Source: Cyanophora paradoxa CCMP329 (taxonomy: Eukaryota > Plantae > Glaucophyta). From it: a DNA stretch of 64,000 nt. The notes under the pieces are model-generated. The model had not been told where the DNA came from. It saw only the letters and a program-made list of their open reading frames with translations, and made no database searches. A program made the translations under genes and the position numbers. Location of the stretch: the NCBI GenBank assembly GCA_004431415.1, contig QPMI01000470.1, forward strand, positions 417,379 through 481,378, read 5' to 3'. Below are positions 1 through 11,500 of this stretch, piece by piece; positions within the stretch are counted from its first letter, which is position 1; each line of letters opens with the position of its first letter.

Positions 1-2042
1 AGGAGGGGGGTCAAGGTAGAGCGGCAGGAGATCGGGGGGAACGCGCCTGGGCGAGGAGCTGGCGGGAGCCGGAGAGGAGCCAGGCGGAGGGGGTACGACA
101 ACAGCCGCCGGTCCCTGCGGACGCCCCCGGGCTCGGGCTCGGGCGGCTGGGAAGCCTCAAAAAAGGACGCGTACCCTTAAAGAAAACGGAAACGTAGTCC
201 CCGGGGCTGCCGGGCGATCAAAACAATGGGCCACGCTTGGGCCCGGGTACCCCGCACCTGTCGCCGGAGGGGTACATCCATAGGGAGACGGAGAAGGCGG
301 CGACGGGGAGGGGTAGGAGCTCGGCGTGGGGCCACTGCGGCGGGTTAAAGAGGGGGGTACCGGGGGCGGAGGGCGCGGGCGGGGTACCGTGATGCCGTAC
401 TCGGGTTGCATGGCGATCGGGGATGGGCCGGAGAGATCCTGGGAGACTGAAAGGGCTGTTTCAGTCCGGGTACAGCTCCAGCTCGCCGAAACGGGTACCC
501 GGGAAGGGGCCGGAGGGGTGGGCGAGGGCGCCGGAGGGGCCGGGTACGCGGTTGGCGGCCTGGAAGACGTCGAGAAGGCCGGGCTGGGGGTACAGGAGCG
601 TCAATTCAGACGCGGGGGTACATGTACAGGGGGGGGGGGGGGGGGGGGCCCGAACCTGGGAGGGGAGGTAGGAGGAGAAGGCGGGGCGGCCGCAGCCGGC
701 CTGCGAGGGGGGTACGTGAATGAACGACGGGGAGGGCTCGGGGCCGCGTGCCTTCAAGCGGACTCGGAAGGGGCGGCTGCGCATGACCCACGCGGCGTCG
801 GGGCCGCCGGCCAGAGGCGCCCGGTAGTACCTGACGACGTACCCGTCTGCATCGGATTGGGAAGGGGGGAGGAAGTGTCAAGGGGGGGGTACCTGGCCTC
901 GTAGAGCCCCGGCTCGCTGGGCCCGCGGGCGATGGTTCGAGTCCGGACGGGGCCGGCGGCGTCCTCGGGCAGTGCGGCGGCTGGCGCGGGGTCGGTCCGG
1001 GCAGAGCGGGGTAGAGCAAATCGGGATCGGAGGGAGGGGGGTACCGTGGAAGGCGGAGACCTCGCGGGCGTCTCGGCCCGGCGTGACGTCAACGATGCGG
1101 ATCAGATCTGAATCGGAGGCTTCCCCGGGGGGCACCGACCACCGTACCCCCAGCGCCTCGCTCGTGCAGAGGTCCCTGCGGGTTGTGCCTTCAGGGAAGG
1201 GGGAGAAGAGGAAAGGGGGGTACGCCCACCTCGCGTCCGTGACGAGGCGGAGGCAGTGGGCGCGCCGGACTGAGACGGCGCCCGAGCGCGCGAGCACCAG
1301 CGGCGCCCCGCCAGGCGCCTCGGGGGCCCGCACGGCCCGGAATCTGCAAACGAAGCGGCTCGAGCGGCGGGATTCGAACTTCGTCGGCGCAGCGGTCGGC
1401 GCACTCGAAGCGGCCCTCGCTGGGGCCGACGCTGGTCCAGAAAGTCGCGCCGGGGAGGGCCTGCGCACGCGCGAGCGCGCGGCTCTAGCTAAGGGCGAAG
1501 CCTTCTATCCAGTTCGGCTTGTGCGCACCGTGTACTCGGCGCCTATGGCGAACTCGACGACCTGTAGGGCGGGCCGGGATCAAATGCGAGGCGGGCGGCG
1601 GGCGGCGGGCTGAGGCGCGAGCGCAGGGCGGCACCGGCTCGAAGAGCGTCGTATCGATCGGCTGCGCGTCCGCCGCCGCCGCGTGGGCGTCCGGCGGCTC
1701 AGTCTCGGCCGGCGGATCGGGCTCGGGCTCCGGCAGCGCCGCGGGCGTGTCGTCCGGATCCTCGTCTCCGCTAGGCGGCTCGGGCAGGTCGCGCAGGGGA
1801 TACAGGCCTGCGCATGCGGCGCAGCGATGAGGCACGGCTGGCGCAGGGGATTGAAGCTTCATGGCACCCATGCGGTCGCGGCCGGGCAGAATTGCCTCTC
1901 CCTCGCGGTCCCACTGCACGATGACGACGTCCGCGGGGCAGGCGGCTCGGTCCGAGACGCGGATGACGAAGGCGGCCGCCTGCCCGACGGCGAGGAGCAG
2001 GAGCACCGCTCGTTGCGCCCCTCGCATCGCGTGCGCCGGCAT
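1..2042 (-). CDS. Multi-exon secreted or membrane protein with a LamG/concanavalin-A-like domain (possibly SEL1L3-like); runs off the left edge
   Basis: Signal-peptide-like start MRGAQRAVLLLLAVGQAAAF. Exons joined across short GT/GC-AG introns give ...WPHAELLPLPVAAFSVSLWMYPSG..PGDYVSVFFKG..RTPSAWLL, resembling a LamG strand pattern. Family call is from motif recall. Confidence 0.55.
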
Positions 2043-2371
2043 CTCCCGCAGCGCCGTAGCTAAGGCTTTTGCATCGGATGCATCCTTCCTCAGGGGTACT
2101 TCTTTGTTTCCGCAACCGGCGCGCTCGGAGCCCGCCTGGGGCGGCTGCGAGCGCTTCGAAAGAGATCCGCGAGCGCCAATCTTCGTTTGCGCGACCGGCA
2201 AGTCGGCGCGCGATTTCCAGTCGGGTCGAGCTAGCGCGCGTGCACGTGGCTCGGCAGCGGCGCCAAGCGAATACAGCTCCGGAGCGCTAAGCACGCAACG
2301 CTGGCGCGCTCAAGCCGAATCAGCGAGTGCTCAGTGCCGGCGCGGGGGCTCCAAGCACGTAGATCCTCATA

Positions 2372-3744
2372 ATGGCGTCGGTTCCGCAGCGCCGGCACAG
2401 CCAGAGCGCCGATGTGGAGCACGCGGGTGAGGAGCTCGCGTCGATCATGCCCGCGCCCGGCGGGCGGGGGCGGCCCCTCCTCGCCCCGCGCGGACCGGGC
2501 GCAGGCGGCCCCGCTGCAGCCGCCGATGAGCTGCTGGACGATGCGGGCGCGCGCGCCGAGAGCGTCACCGTCGGCGATGATGACTCGGCGGACCCGGAGG
2601 CGTCGGTCGCGAAGGGGCACGGGCGCGGGCACGGCCACGCGCCTCTCGCGTGGAGCCTCACCGGCCCCGCCGCGCCCTCGTTCCAAGTCTTCGCCGCACT
2701 GACCGCCATCTTCATCGTGCGCGATCGAATCTGGATTCGAATTCGAATCCGAGCGCGCGCGCGCGCTCAGCTTTCTCTCTCAGGGCAACCTGTTCATGGG
2801 AGAGCTCGCCGGATCCAAGTTCTTCCAAGTGGGGCCCATCCCCCTCGCCGTCGGCTCTCTCCAGTGGCCCATCGTCTTCGTCAGCACCGACCTCCTCAAC
2901 GAGTACTTCGGCCCCCCCGGTGCGGGGGTACCGCTTCATCCGGGACCGGGTACCGCCTCACGCGCGCCGGCGTCCGCAGGGGTACGGCTCGTGACCTACA
3001 TCGCTGCGGCGATGCTGGTGTACTGCTTCGGCCTCCTCACCATATTCGTTTCGATACCCGCCTCGCCCATCTCCCCCCTCACCGGTGCCCTTCCCCCCCC
3101 CCGCCCCCCGCGCCCCATCGCCCATCGAAAGTCGTACCCCCAGATTCCGTGTACTCCACCGTCTTTGGGCAGTCGATGTGGGTCATCGTCGGCTCGCTCG
3201 TCGCGTTCCTCTGCTCCCAGTACCCCCCCCCCCCCGCCTTGAAATGCGCTACCCCCCTCCATCCGAGCCGCGCCCGTACCCCCAGGTTCATTGACGCGGC
3301 GCTGTTCGCGGCCTTCAAGAGCCGCACGGGGCACCGCCTCCTCTGGCTCCGCGCCACCGGTACCCCCCGCATCCCCTCGCAGCTCTGTACCCCCGCTCAC
3401 TCGCCCCCCCCCCTCCCCCCCCACTCCCCAGGCTCGACGGTGATAAGCCAGCTATTCGACAGCTTCATCATCGGGGCCATCGGCTTCTGGCTCCCCGGAA
3501 AGTTCGCGTTCCGAGAGGTGAGCTCGAGCGCTTTGCTGAGACGAACGCTCACCCAGTGAGACTAACCCCCCCCCCCCCCCCCCCCTCGCCCCCCAAGTTC
3601 GTGGTGACGGCGTCGGCGGGGTACGCGACGAAGCTGGTCCTGGCGGTGCTTATGACGCCCCTCGTGTACGGGGCCCACTGGGCCATAGACTGGTACCTCG
3701 AGCGCGAGGCAGGCGGCGGCGGTGGCGCCGGCCTGAGCTTGTAG
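2372..3744 (+). CDS. yhhQ: Queuosine-precursor transporter, YhhQ/VUT (COG1738) family, with at least 6 introns
   Basis: Spliced product: FAALTAIFI-GNLFMGELAGSKFF..GSLQWPIVFVSTDLLNEYFGP..IVGSLVAFLCSQFID..LWLRATGSTVISQLFDSFI..YATKLVLAVLMTPLVY. TD.LNEY.G, GSLVAFL.SQ..D and WLR.TGST.ISQ..DS are hallmark YhhQ motifs. Introns are GT..AG. Confidence 0.9.
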
Positions 3745-3899
3745 AGGAGCTTAAGCTTAAGCTTATTTCAATATTAGCGTTGAGCGTTCGAAAGCTTATT
3801 GATATTGAATGCCAACAGCTCGTGGATATGCTTGCGATTGAAGCTTTTAGATCGCATTTGCGCGGTTCGAGTTCGGTTCACTGGTCAGCTAGTACTACT

Positions 3900-4853
3900 C
3901 TAGAGAGGGTCCCCGACGATTTCGGCGGGGGACAAGGGGAGCTCCACAGGGACGGGGGCGTACCCCGCCCCACGGCGGGCCGCGAACCAGTCGCGGACGA
4001 AGGCGGCGGCCCAGACGGGTACGTGGCAGCACGCCGCGGTCACGAGAGCCATCGCGTAGGCCGCCGGCCACGACGAAATCGACCTGGGGGGGGGGCTTCA
4101 GCCGGGGGTACAGGGTTTGGCGGACGAGGGGGGTACGCACGTGTCGAGGAAGCCGTAGGTCCACTCGCCCGAGACGGCGTAGTACACGCGGGCGAAGAGG
4201 GCGTACAGGACCACGAGGGCTGCGCGGGGCGTGGGGGCGCGCCCCGGGGTACGGGGATTCGGGAGGAGGGGGGGGTACCCACCCTCGAGCCAGAAGACGT
4301 GCCACCAGGGGACGGGCACGCGGCCCGCGGCGATCTGCGAGGTGGATGGCTCAGCGAGATACGGGTACGTTAACGCTCATGAAGCGACGGCGGCTCGGCT
4401 CGCCTCGACGGCGGCGAGGGCGATGTTGCCCCCGTGGCGGGCGCGGTCAAGGAACAGGTCGAGGGGCGTCCGGATGTACTTCTGAGCGTCGGCGTACAGG
4501 ATCGAAAAGTAGACGAGGCTCAGGAACAGAGCCGCGCCGCTTGCCGCCGGGAAGAGGCGCGCCCCGGCGGCCGCCGCCCGGTCGCAGGCGCGCGCGAAGG
4601 CGGAGCTGGGGCCGGCGCCCTCGCTGGCGGGCTGCGGGTGCTGCCGGAGCTGCGGCACGCCGCCGAGCGCGAGGAGGTCCAGGGAGAGAGCGAGGAGGCA
4701 GAAGGCCCACGTCGTGAAGAATCGCGTGGAGGACGCGTCGACGGCGAGGAGCAGGACCACGACGCTCGTCGCGTACGTCGCGAGGACGATGCGGAGAACC
4801 GCGAGCGCCCTCGGGGAGACACAAGAGGCGCCGGCGGCCGCGGGGCCCGCCAT
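3900..4853 (-). CDS. Rolling-stone/FAR-17a-AIG1-like multipass membrane protein (about 4 exons)
   Basis: Hydrophobic helices with RFFTTW, HGGN...E and W.YGFLD motifs. Stop TAG at 3900-3902. Confidence 0.65.
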
Positions 4854-5571
4854 CTCGCGCCAAACTTGAATCGATCTCCGCTGGTCGGCGGAGCGGCTGC
4901 ACTACCTGTTCGGACCTCTCGAGCACATGGAAAGCTCTCCCAGCTAGCTCGTGGGCTGGGGCTCGGCTGGCTGAGCGCGTTCAACAGCTTGCGCGTCAGC
5001 GGCCAGCTTTGAATGGCACTAGCGAGTGCGCCAAGCCTTGTATAGGGAACTTTGGAAGCAGCGAGTCCGGTCCCAACTTCCGGCCAGCGAGCCGCCGGGC
5101 GAAGAGGGGTACGCAACTCCGGATCCGGATCCAGTTGCCTCTGAGCCAGCAGAGCGCTAGCCGGCGCCACGCGGGGTGCCGGCGCCGCTTTAAATTCCGC
5201 GCGCGGCCCGGCCTTTCTCAATGCATATATGTGAGATCGCGCTCGCGCCCACGCTAGCGCTAACGCTAGCTGCTTGGGTTGCAGGAGAGCTGGCCCTGCG
5301 CACGCGGCGTGCACGTGTGCAGGTTCGCATGCATGTTCATGTATCATAGTATGCGCTGCGGCGCCGGCCGCGGCCGCGCGCGCCTCGCGCGTGGCGCATG
5401 GGCATGCGCGCATCGATATCGCCCTACTGCACTCTGCCGCAGTGCGCAAGCGCCCCCTCTTCATGATCACAAAGGAAATTCAAGCGCGCGAATTCTTTAG
5501 ATATCTTTCGCGGAATATGTATCGAGCATTTTACGTAGCCCAGACTGAGAAGGTGCCTCGCCGAGTCGAGA

Positions 5572-8500
5572 TCAAGTCACGAGGCCGCCGAGGCTGAGGC
5601 CGCCGACCTCCGTCCGGTCGTGCACCCGAATCTGCGATTTTGGGGAGATTAATCACGAGGGCCAGCCTCACAGCCCGACAGTGCTAGTAGCCCTAGTAGA
5701 TCATCCACATGGGGAAGCTATAAATTAAAGCTATCAATTGCAAGCTATAAAGCGCATGCGCAGTCTCGAGGGCCAGCCTCACATCCCGACAGCTCTAGTA
5801 TATCACGATCAATCATTGAATATCATGATGCGACGGCACCTGGCTGATCGTCAGGATGCAGGCGGACAGGACGAGGCTCGCCACGCTGCAAGGAAGAAGC
5901 CCTCGTGCGTGAGCGACCGCAATTGCAAGCTATAAAGCTATAAAAAGCTGCAGAGCTATAGAGCGAGCTACATACAAAGCGCGGTCTGATCATGATCATG
6001 ACGCCTGCGCACCTTCGGAGGAGACCGAAGTTCATGCGCACGCCCACGAGCGACTCCGGCATCAGCTTGTTGTCCGCCTGCCGGCCAAGCGTAAGGGCTT
6101 ATATTAGGGCCCAGCTTGATTATATTCAAAGACGAGGCTCGTCAGTCGACGCCGCGAACTCGAACGCGCGGACGGCTTACACATAGAAGGATCTATGGTC
6201 CGGCAGAGCCGCTGGAAACAGCGGCGCGTGGGGGGGGGGGAGGGGGGGGGGGGGGGCAACCCCCTCCCTGCCTGGCCGGACCTATCCGAGCAAATTGTTA
6301 TTTATACATAGAAGGATCCACCATGGCCATGGACAAGCTTGTAATCAAGGACAACGAATAAATAAATACATATGAAGGCACGCATGCGCACCCGGACGGC
6401 GGCGTCGGCGAGGTGGAGGTGGCGGGCGCAGGAGCAGAAGTCCAGGTCCTGCCCGCACAGCTCGCAGGTCAATTCACAAGGTGAGAGCGATAAGGCAGAG
6501 CGATAAGAGAAGAATCGAGCAGTGTCCCCTTCTAGATCTGACCATCCCGGGCCGGGGGCGCAGCGCGCGCGCATCACCTTACCTGCCCGCACAGCTCGCA
6601 GCAGGAGGAGGAGGCCCCCGGCCCGCCCGCGCCCGCCCCGCTGCCCCGCCGCTGAAGCTGCATCTGGCCATGGCCCGCCGCCGCTCCCTGCAGCTGCGCT
6701 GGGGCGTCGATGCCGGACCGATATTTATATATATATGGGAAACTCCTGATCATGAGATTTATATAGCTAGATCTAGATCTAGATTAAGGCCGAACTTCGC
6801 ACCTCGGCGTCGCCGTTCGAAATCAGGCCGCCCCCTTCTAGATCTTCCGAAAGCTGCGCCATTGCGGGTCCAGGGTACACCTGCGAGGGCGCGCGGTTAA
6901 TAATAAGCCGAGCGAAGTAACGCAGTAATTATATAAGCCGAGCGATTGCCTTGTGTTGGGACCCGCGGCGCGTGAGAACCTCGCGCCCCCCCGGCCGCTG
7001 GCCATAGCCATGGGGCGCCGGCGGCGGCTGAGCTCCGAATACTGATCCCGCGGCCGGCTCCGGTTCCGGCCTCGGGTGAACAAGCGCGGCGCTGGAGACG
7101 TTGACAGTGTGGACGCTGCCGCCGGCGCCGGAGCCGTGCGGGGCGCCGGTCGAGATGGCCGGAGCATGCTCCAGCTGAAGGTGCAAGTGCACGAGCAGGA
7201 ATCGGTGCTGCGGCAGCGAATTCCGTCAGTTTGATCTGATCACGAAGCTTGATTATTGCACGAGCAGGAGCAGCAAGCTAGTTTAAGAGCTTAAGTTTAG
7301 AAAGAATGAAAGCATCTTTAGCTAGGTCTAGGTTTGATCAGCTTTATCAGCATCAAGACGGATTACTCAATCTAGTTCTAGATTTAATCATTAGGGCTAG
7401 TTCTAGTTCTAGTTCTAGTTCTAGTTCTAGAATGAAAGCATCAAGCTCAAGATGGATTATCCAATCTATATAGCTACGTGTAGGAGCAAAAGGACGATGC
7501 ATGCAGGAGCAAAACGTATCCAATCTAGGTCTAGAAACCGAACCTATATATTAGATCTGACCTCCGAGGCTAATTCTAGGTCTAGTGTGACTTGGAACTT
7601 GAACTGACTGCAGCTGACCTCCTGGGCGAGGTTGTTGGAGAGCATGCGGCAAGCTAGTTTAAGATCTAGAGTTGGAGTTTAAGATGACTTCAGAGTTGAG
7701 GTTTAAAATGTCTCTAGTTCTGGCTTGCTCACTTCTTGGGCGAGGTTGTTGGAGAGGGCGCCGAAGAGGACGGCGAGGACGATGCAGGAGCCGAAGAAGA
7801 CGACGTCGATGACCGTCAGCAGGAAGAAGAGCTGTCCGGCCCGCGGTTAACACATGAATTATAACCAAGAGATTGGATATCTAATTTTATAAGAGAAGGA
7901 ACTTGGTTCTTAAGCACGCTTATCATTATAAGTAACTGTCGCCAGGCGCCGCGCTCGGCGTCGGCGTCGGCCCGGATCCGGAGCACGGGAATATCAATGG
8001 GGCCCCACCCCACATGTACAGCAGGAACAAGAGCTGCCCATATATAATCTCGAAGAGAAGGGAGGACCTTCGATCTTAAGCACGCCTATCATTAAAACTA
8101 ACTAACTAGTACTTGGCCAGCAAAAGAAGCCCCCCAAAGAAGTCTATTATTATCCGATCGGTCGCCTGGAACATCGCGTCTATCGAAGAAGAGCTGTTGG
8201 CGTGGGATCGATTATATCCCACCTGCGGGATGCTCTTGTCGGTGAAGACGGAGGAGTACAGGACGACGGCCATCAGGCCCAGCAGGCACAGCGCCATGCT
8301 GCGAAGGAAGGAAAGCTTCAGGGCGAAAGAAAGAGAGCGATGCAAGGGAGAAAGAAGGAGAGAGCACATGGAGGTGAAGAAGGAGAGGCGGAGTGTGAAG
8401 CGCCACCCGACCTGCGAGGCGACCCGCCGCAGCTGCGCCTGCGCGCCGCGCGGTCGACATCGTCGATCGCGGCGTCAGATCCAAGGCTCCAAGCCTCCGA

Positions 8501-11500
8501 GGCTCATCGGCTTTGAGGCTCGAACTGCTTCAGAGCGCAATCTTATTGCAAGCTAACCGTTCAAACTCTGAGGCTCACGCTTGCCTTGACTAAGCAAAAA
8601 ATGATGGCAAGCGGAAGCTTCGAATCCCGCACAAATTAAATTTAAACGGGGCAGAAGCAACGAAAGCTCTACTAGGCTAGGGCACCCATGCGAGGATGTT
8701 GGTGCACCCATGGGCAGGCGCGGATATCGATGTTGGCAAGCTATAGCCGCTGAGCTTAACGTCTGAAACTTAAACTCGAGCTCAAGCTCAAATCTAAACG
8801 GATCCGGAGGGCACCCATGCGAGGATGTTGGTGGGGGTCTTCAGGTCCAGCGAGAGGTCCGACGCCTCGCCCTGCACACGTACGTCAGGCTTCGAATTCA
8901 GCAGATCTCGGCCTCAGAAGGAAGCCTCGGTCCGAATTAGATCTAACGGGGAAGAGAAGGCTCTAGGGTCTAAGTCAAAGGACAGGCTAGAGAGGTCCGA
9001 CGCCTCGCCCTGCACGGGGCCGAGGGGCGCGTGCAGTCAGCCTGATTACAAGGGCCTTGAGAGGTGTTGTGGTTAGCCCTATATATATCAAGAATCTCAT
9101 TAGAATATGGAGGAGAGAATCTTAAAAATTATCAGCTAACTCGGTAGTAAAGCGTCCAGAGCCGAACTGAAGGGTGCCGAATCCGAATCGAAGGGTGCGC
9201 GGGCTCTAACCTAAAGGCCTTTAGAAGGTTTTGCAATTACTATTGGTCAACCTTAAGCTTATCGAGACTTCTACGTATTAGATCTCGAACCTTGAGGATC
9301 TTGACGGGGACGCGGGGGCCGGGCGCATGCGCCCCGGGCTCCACCTTCGAATTCGAATTGATCGCCGTCAGTCAGAGTCCGGAAATTCCAAATTTCGATT
9401 CGAATTTCGAGCGCTAGCGGGGCGACGGGCCCGGCGGCCTCAGATCTCAGAAGAGATCTAGAGCCTCGGTCCGAATTAGATTTAACTTTCTTTCTTCTTC
9501 GGACCAGCTAGACAGGTCTAATTGATTGGATCTAATGGGTTCTAGAAGGCTCTAGGGCCCAGGACCTAAGGACAGGCTGGAGAGGTCAACTTCAAGCGGA
9601 GATTCGAATTTCAAGCGCGGCGACCGGTACCTGCCCAGCGGCCGTGTCGTCGGCGTCGGACCGGCGCCGCTTGTGCCGCGCCCGTTCCTGCCCAAGTCAA
9701 GCGACGTCGACGTCAAGCTCTAACGACGAGCGAATAGAATTAAAGCGTAACGAGGCTATCGGGGCGCTATGTTGTGCTTATTTGAGCAGCTTGTATCCGG
9801 CCCATGCCAAGCCAAAAGCCACCTTGAGGGCGACTTTATATAATTAGCTAGGTTAAGCTGCCAAGGGGCCTAGTCAGGGGGGTTACCAAGCTTAAGTTGA
9901 AGTCAAGGCCTATATACAGCTAGGGGCACCGGCACGCTATATATAATCTATATATAAGCTAACTCTATATATAGGTACCAAGCTCAAGTCAAGGCCTAGG
10001 GGCACAAGGCCTAGGGGCACCTTGAGGGCGGCCTCCATGGCGGCCTCCTCCTGCTCGGCGAGCTCGAGCTCCGCCTCGTGCACGTTGCGCTCCGGGCAGA
10101 GGATCTGGCGCCCGGCCCGTTACATAAGCTTAAGTTAAATAGTGCTAGAGGTATAGTTATATATGAGGGCGGCTTCCTTAGCTGAGTTGAGCTGATTATT
10201 ATATGTTAAGCTAATTCTCGGGGCAGAGGGGCAGAGGACCTCGCCCACGGCGCTCGGGGCAGAGGATCTGGCGCCCGGCCCGGTTATATATATAAGTTAA
10301 GCTGTAAGTTCTATATATAAGGGCGGCTTCCATATATAGTTAAGTTCAGCTTAGTTAAGCTAAGTCTCGGGAGGGGCAGCGGACCTCGCCCACGGCGCGG
10401 AGCCACTTGTAGCGCCGCCGCGTCGCAATCACTGATCGAGATTTGATCCATGATTTGATCAGATGCATGTAAACAGCGGCCGGCGTGGCATTACATGCAC
10501 GGCACGCACCGCTCGTGACCATGATTGGGGCGATGAAGTTGAACATCACCTGAGCCGGGGCGTGGCGCGGCGCGGCGCGACTCGCCAAGTAAGAGAGAGA
10601 GGGGGAGGGAAGGAAACGGGAATATATTCTAAATATATAATGCAGCCCTAGATCTAGATCTTCGCGATCTGCGCTGACCATCGCTCTAAATCTAAAAAGT
10701 GCGGCTCTATAGCTAAATCTTATATTAAAAGCGCGGCTCTATAGCTAAGCGGCTCTTAATTAGTGCGGCCCTAGATCTATAGCTAAATCCAGAGCCTCAG
10801 AGGAGGAGGGCGGCCAGATTGATCTATTGCTTAATCTAAATCTAGACCGACCATCGCGCCGCCGACGATCATGTTGGCGGAGAGGAGCTGCATGCGGCCC
10901 GACGTGTTCCACAGCTGCCGGCCCGCCTCCTCGCTGATCACGTAGGGGAGCGACACCTGCACGAAGTCGAAGCTTGAGATTGAGATTGGGGGGCTCAAGC
11001 TTAAGGATGAGGATCATATTAAGCCGAAGGAGAAACGTAAACTGGAAGGTCCGGCGCCGGCCGGGATCGAAATTGGAAGTGCTAGTGCGCTAGTACATGT
11101 TCAACAGTTAGGATTTATGTTCAGGGTCCCAAGTTTACATAGTTTCAGGGCCGGACGTCGACGCGTGTACATGCCAGGCAGAGAATAAGATTGGGAGGCT
11201 CAAACTTGAGGGGTGCTAGTGCGTTAGTACTAGCATTTATGTTCAGGGTACCAAGTTTAGATAAATTTCAGGGCCGGAAGCGCGCACATGCCAGGCGGTG
11301 AGGACGAGGCGGAGGAGGACATCCACAGAGGCGAACAGGAGCGAGTTGGCCCGCCGCGAGAGGCGCTGCCCGGGTACCGGTGTCAGACCTCAGGGCGGCG
11401 AGCGCCAGGCATGGGAAGGGGGGAGGGGAGGGGGGGTGGGGGGGGGGCGGGGAGGGCGGAGGGGGTAAGGGAAAGGGCGATGAAGGGAGGCGGGGGCGGG

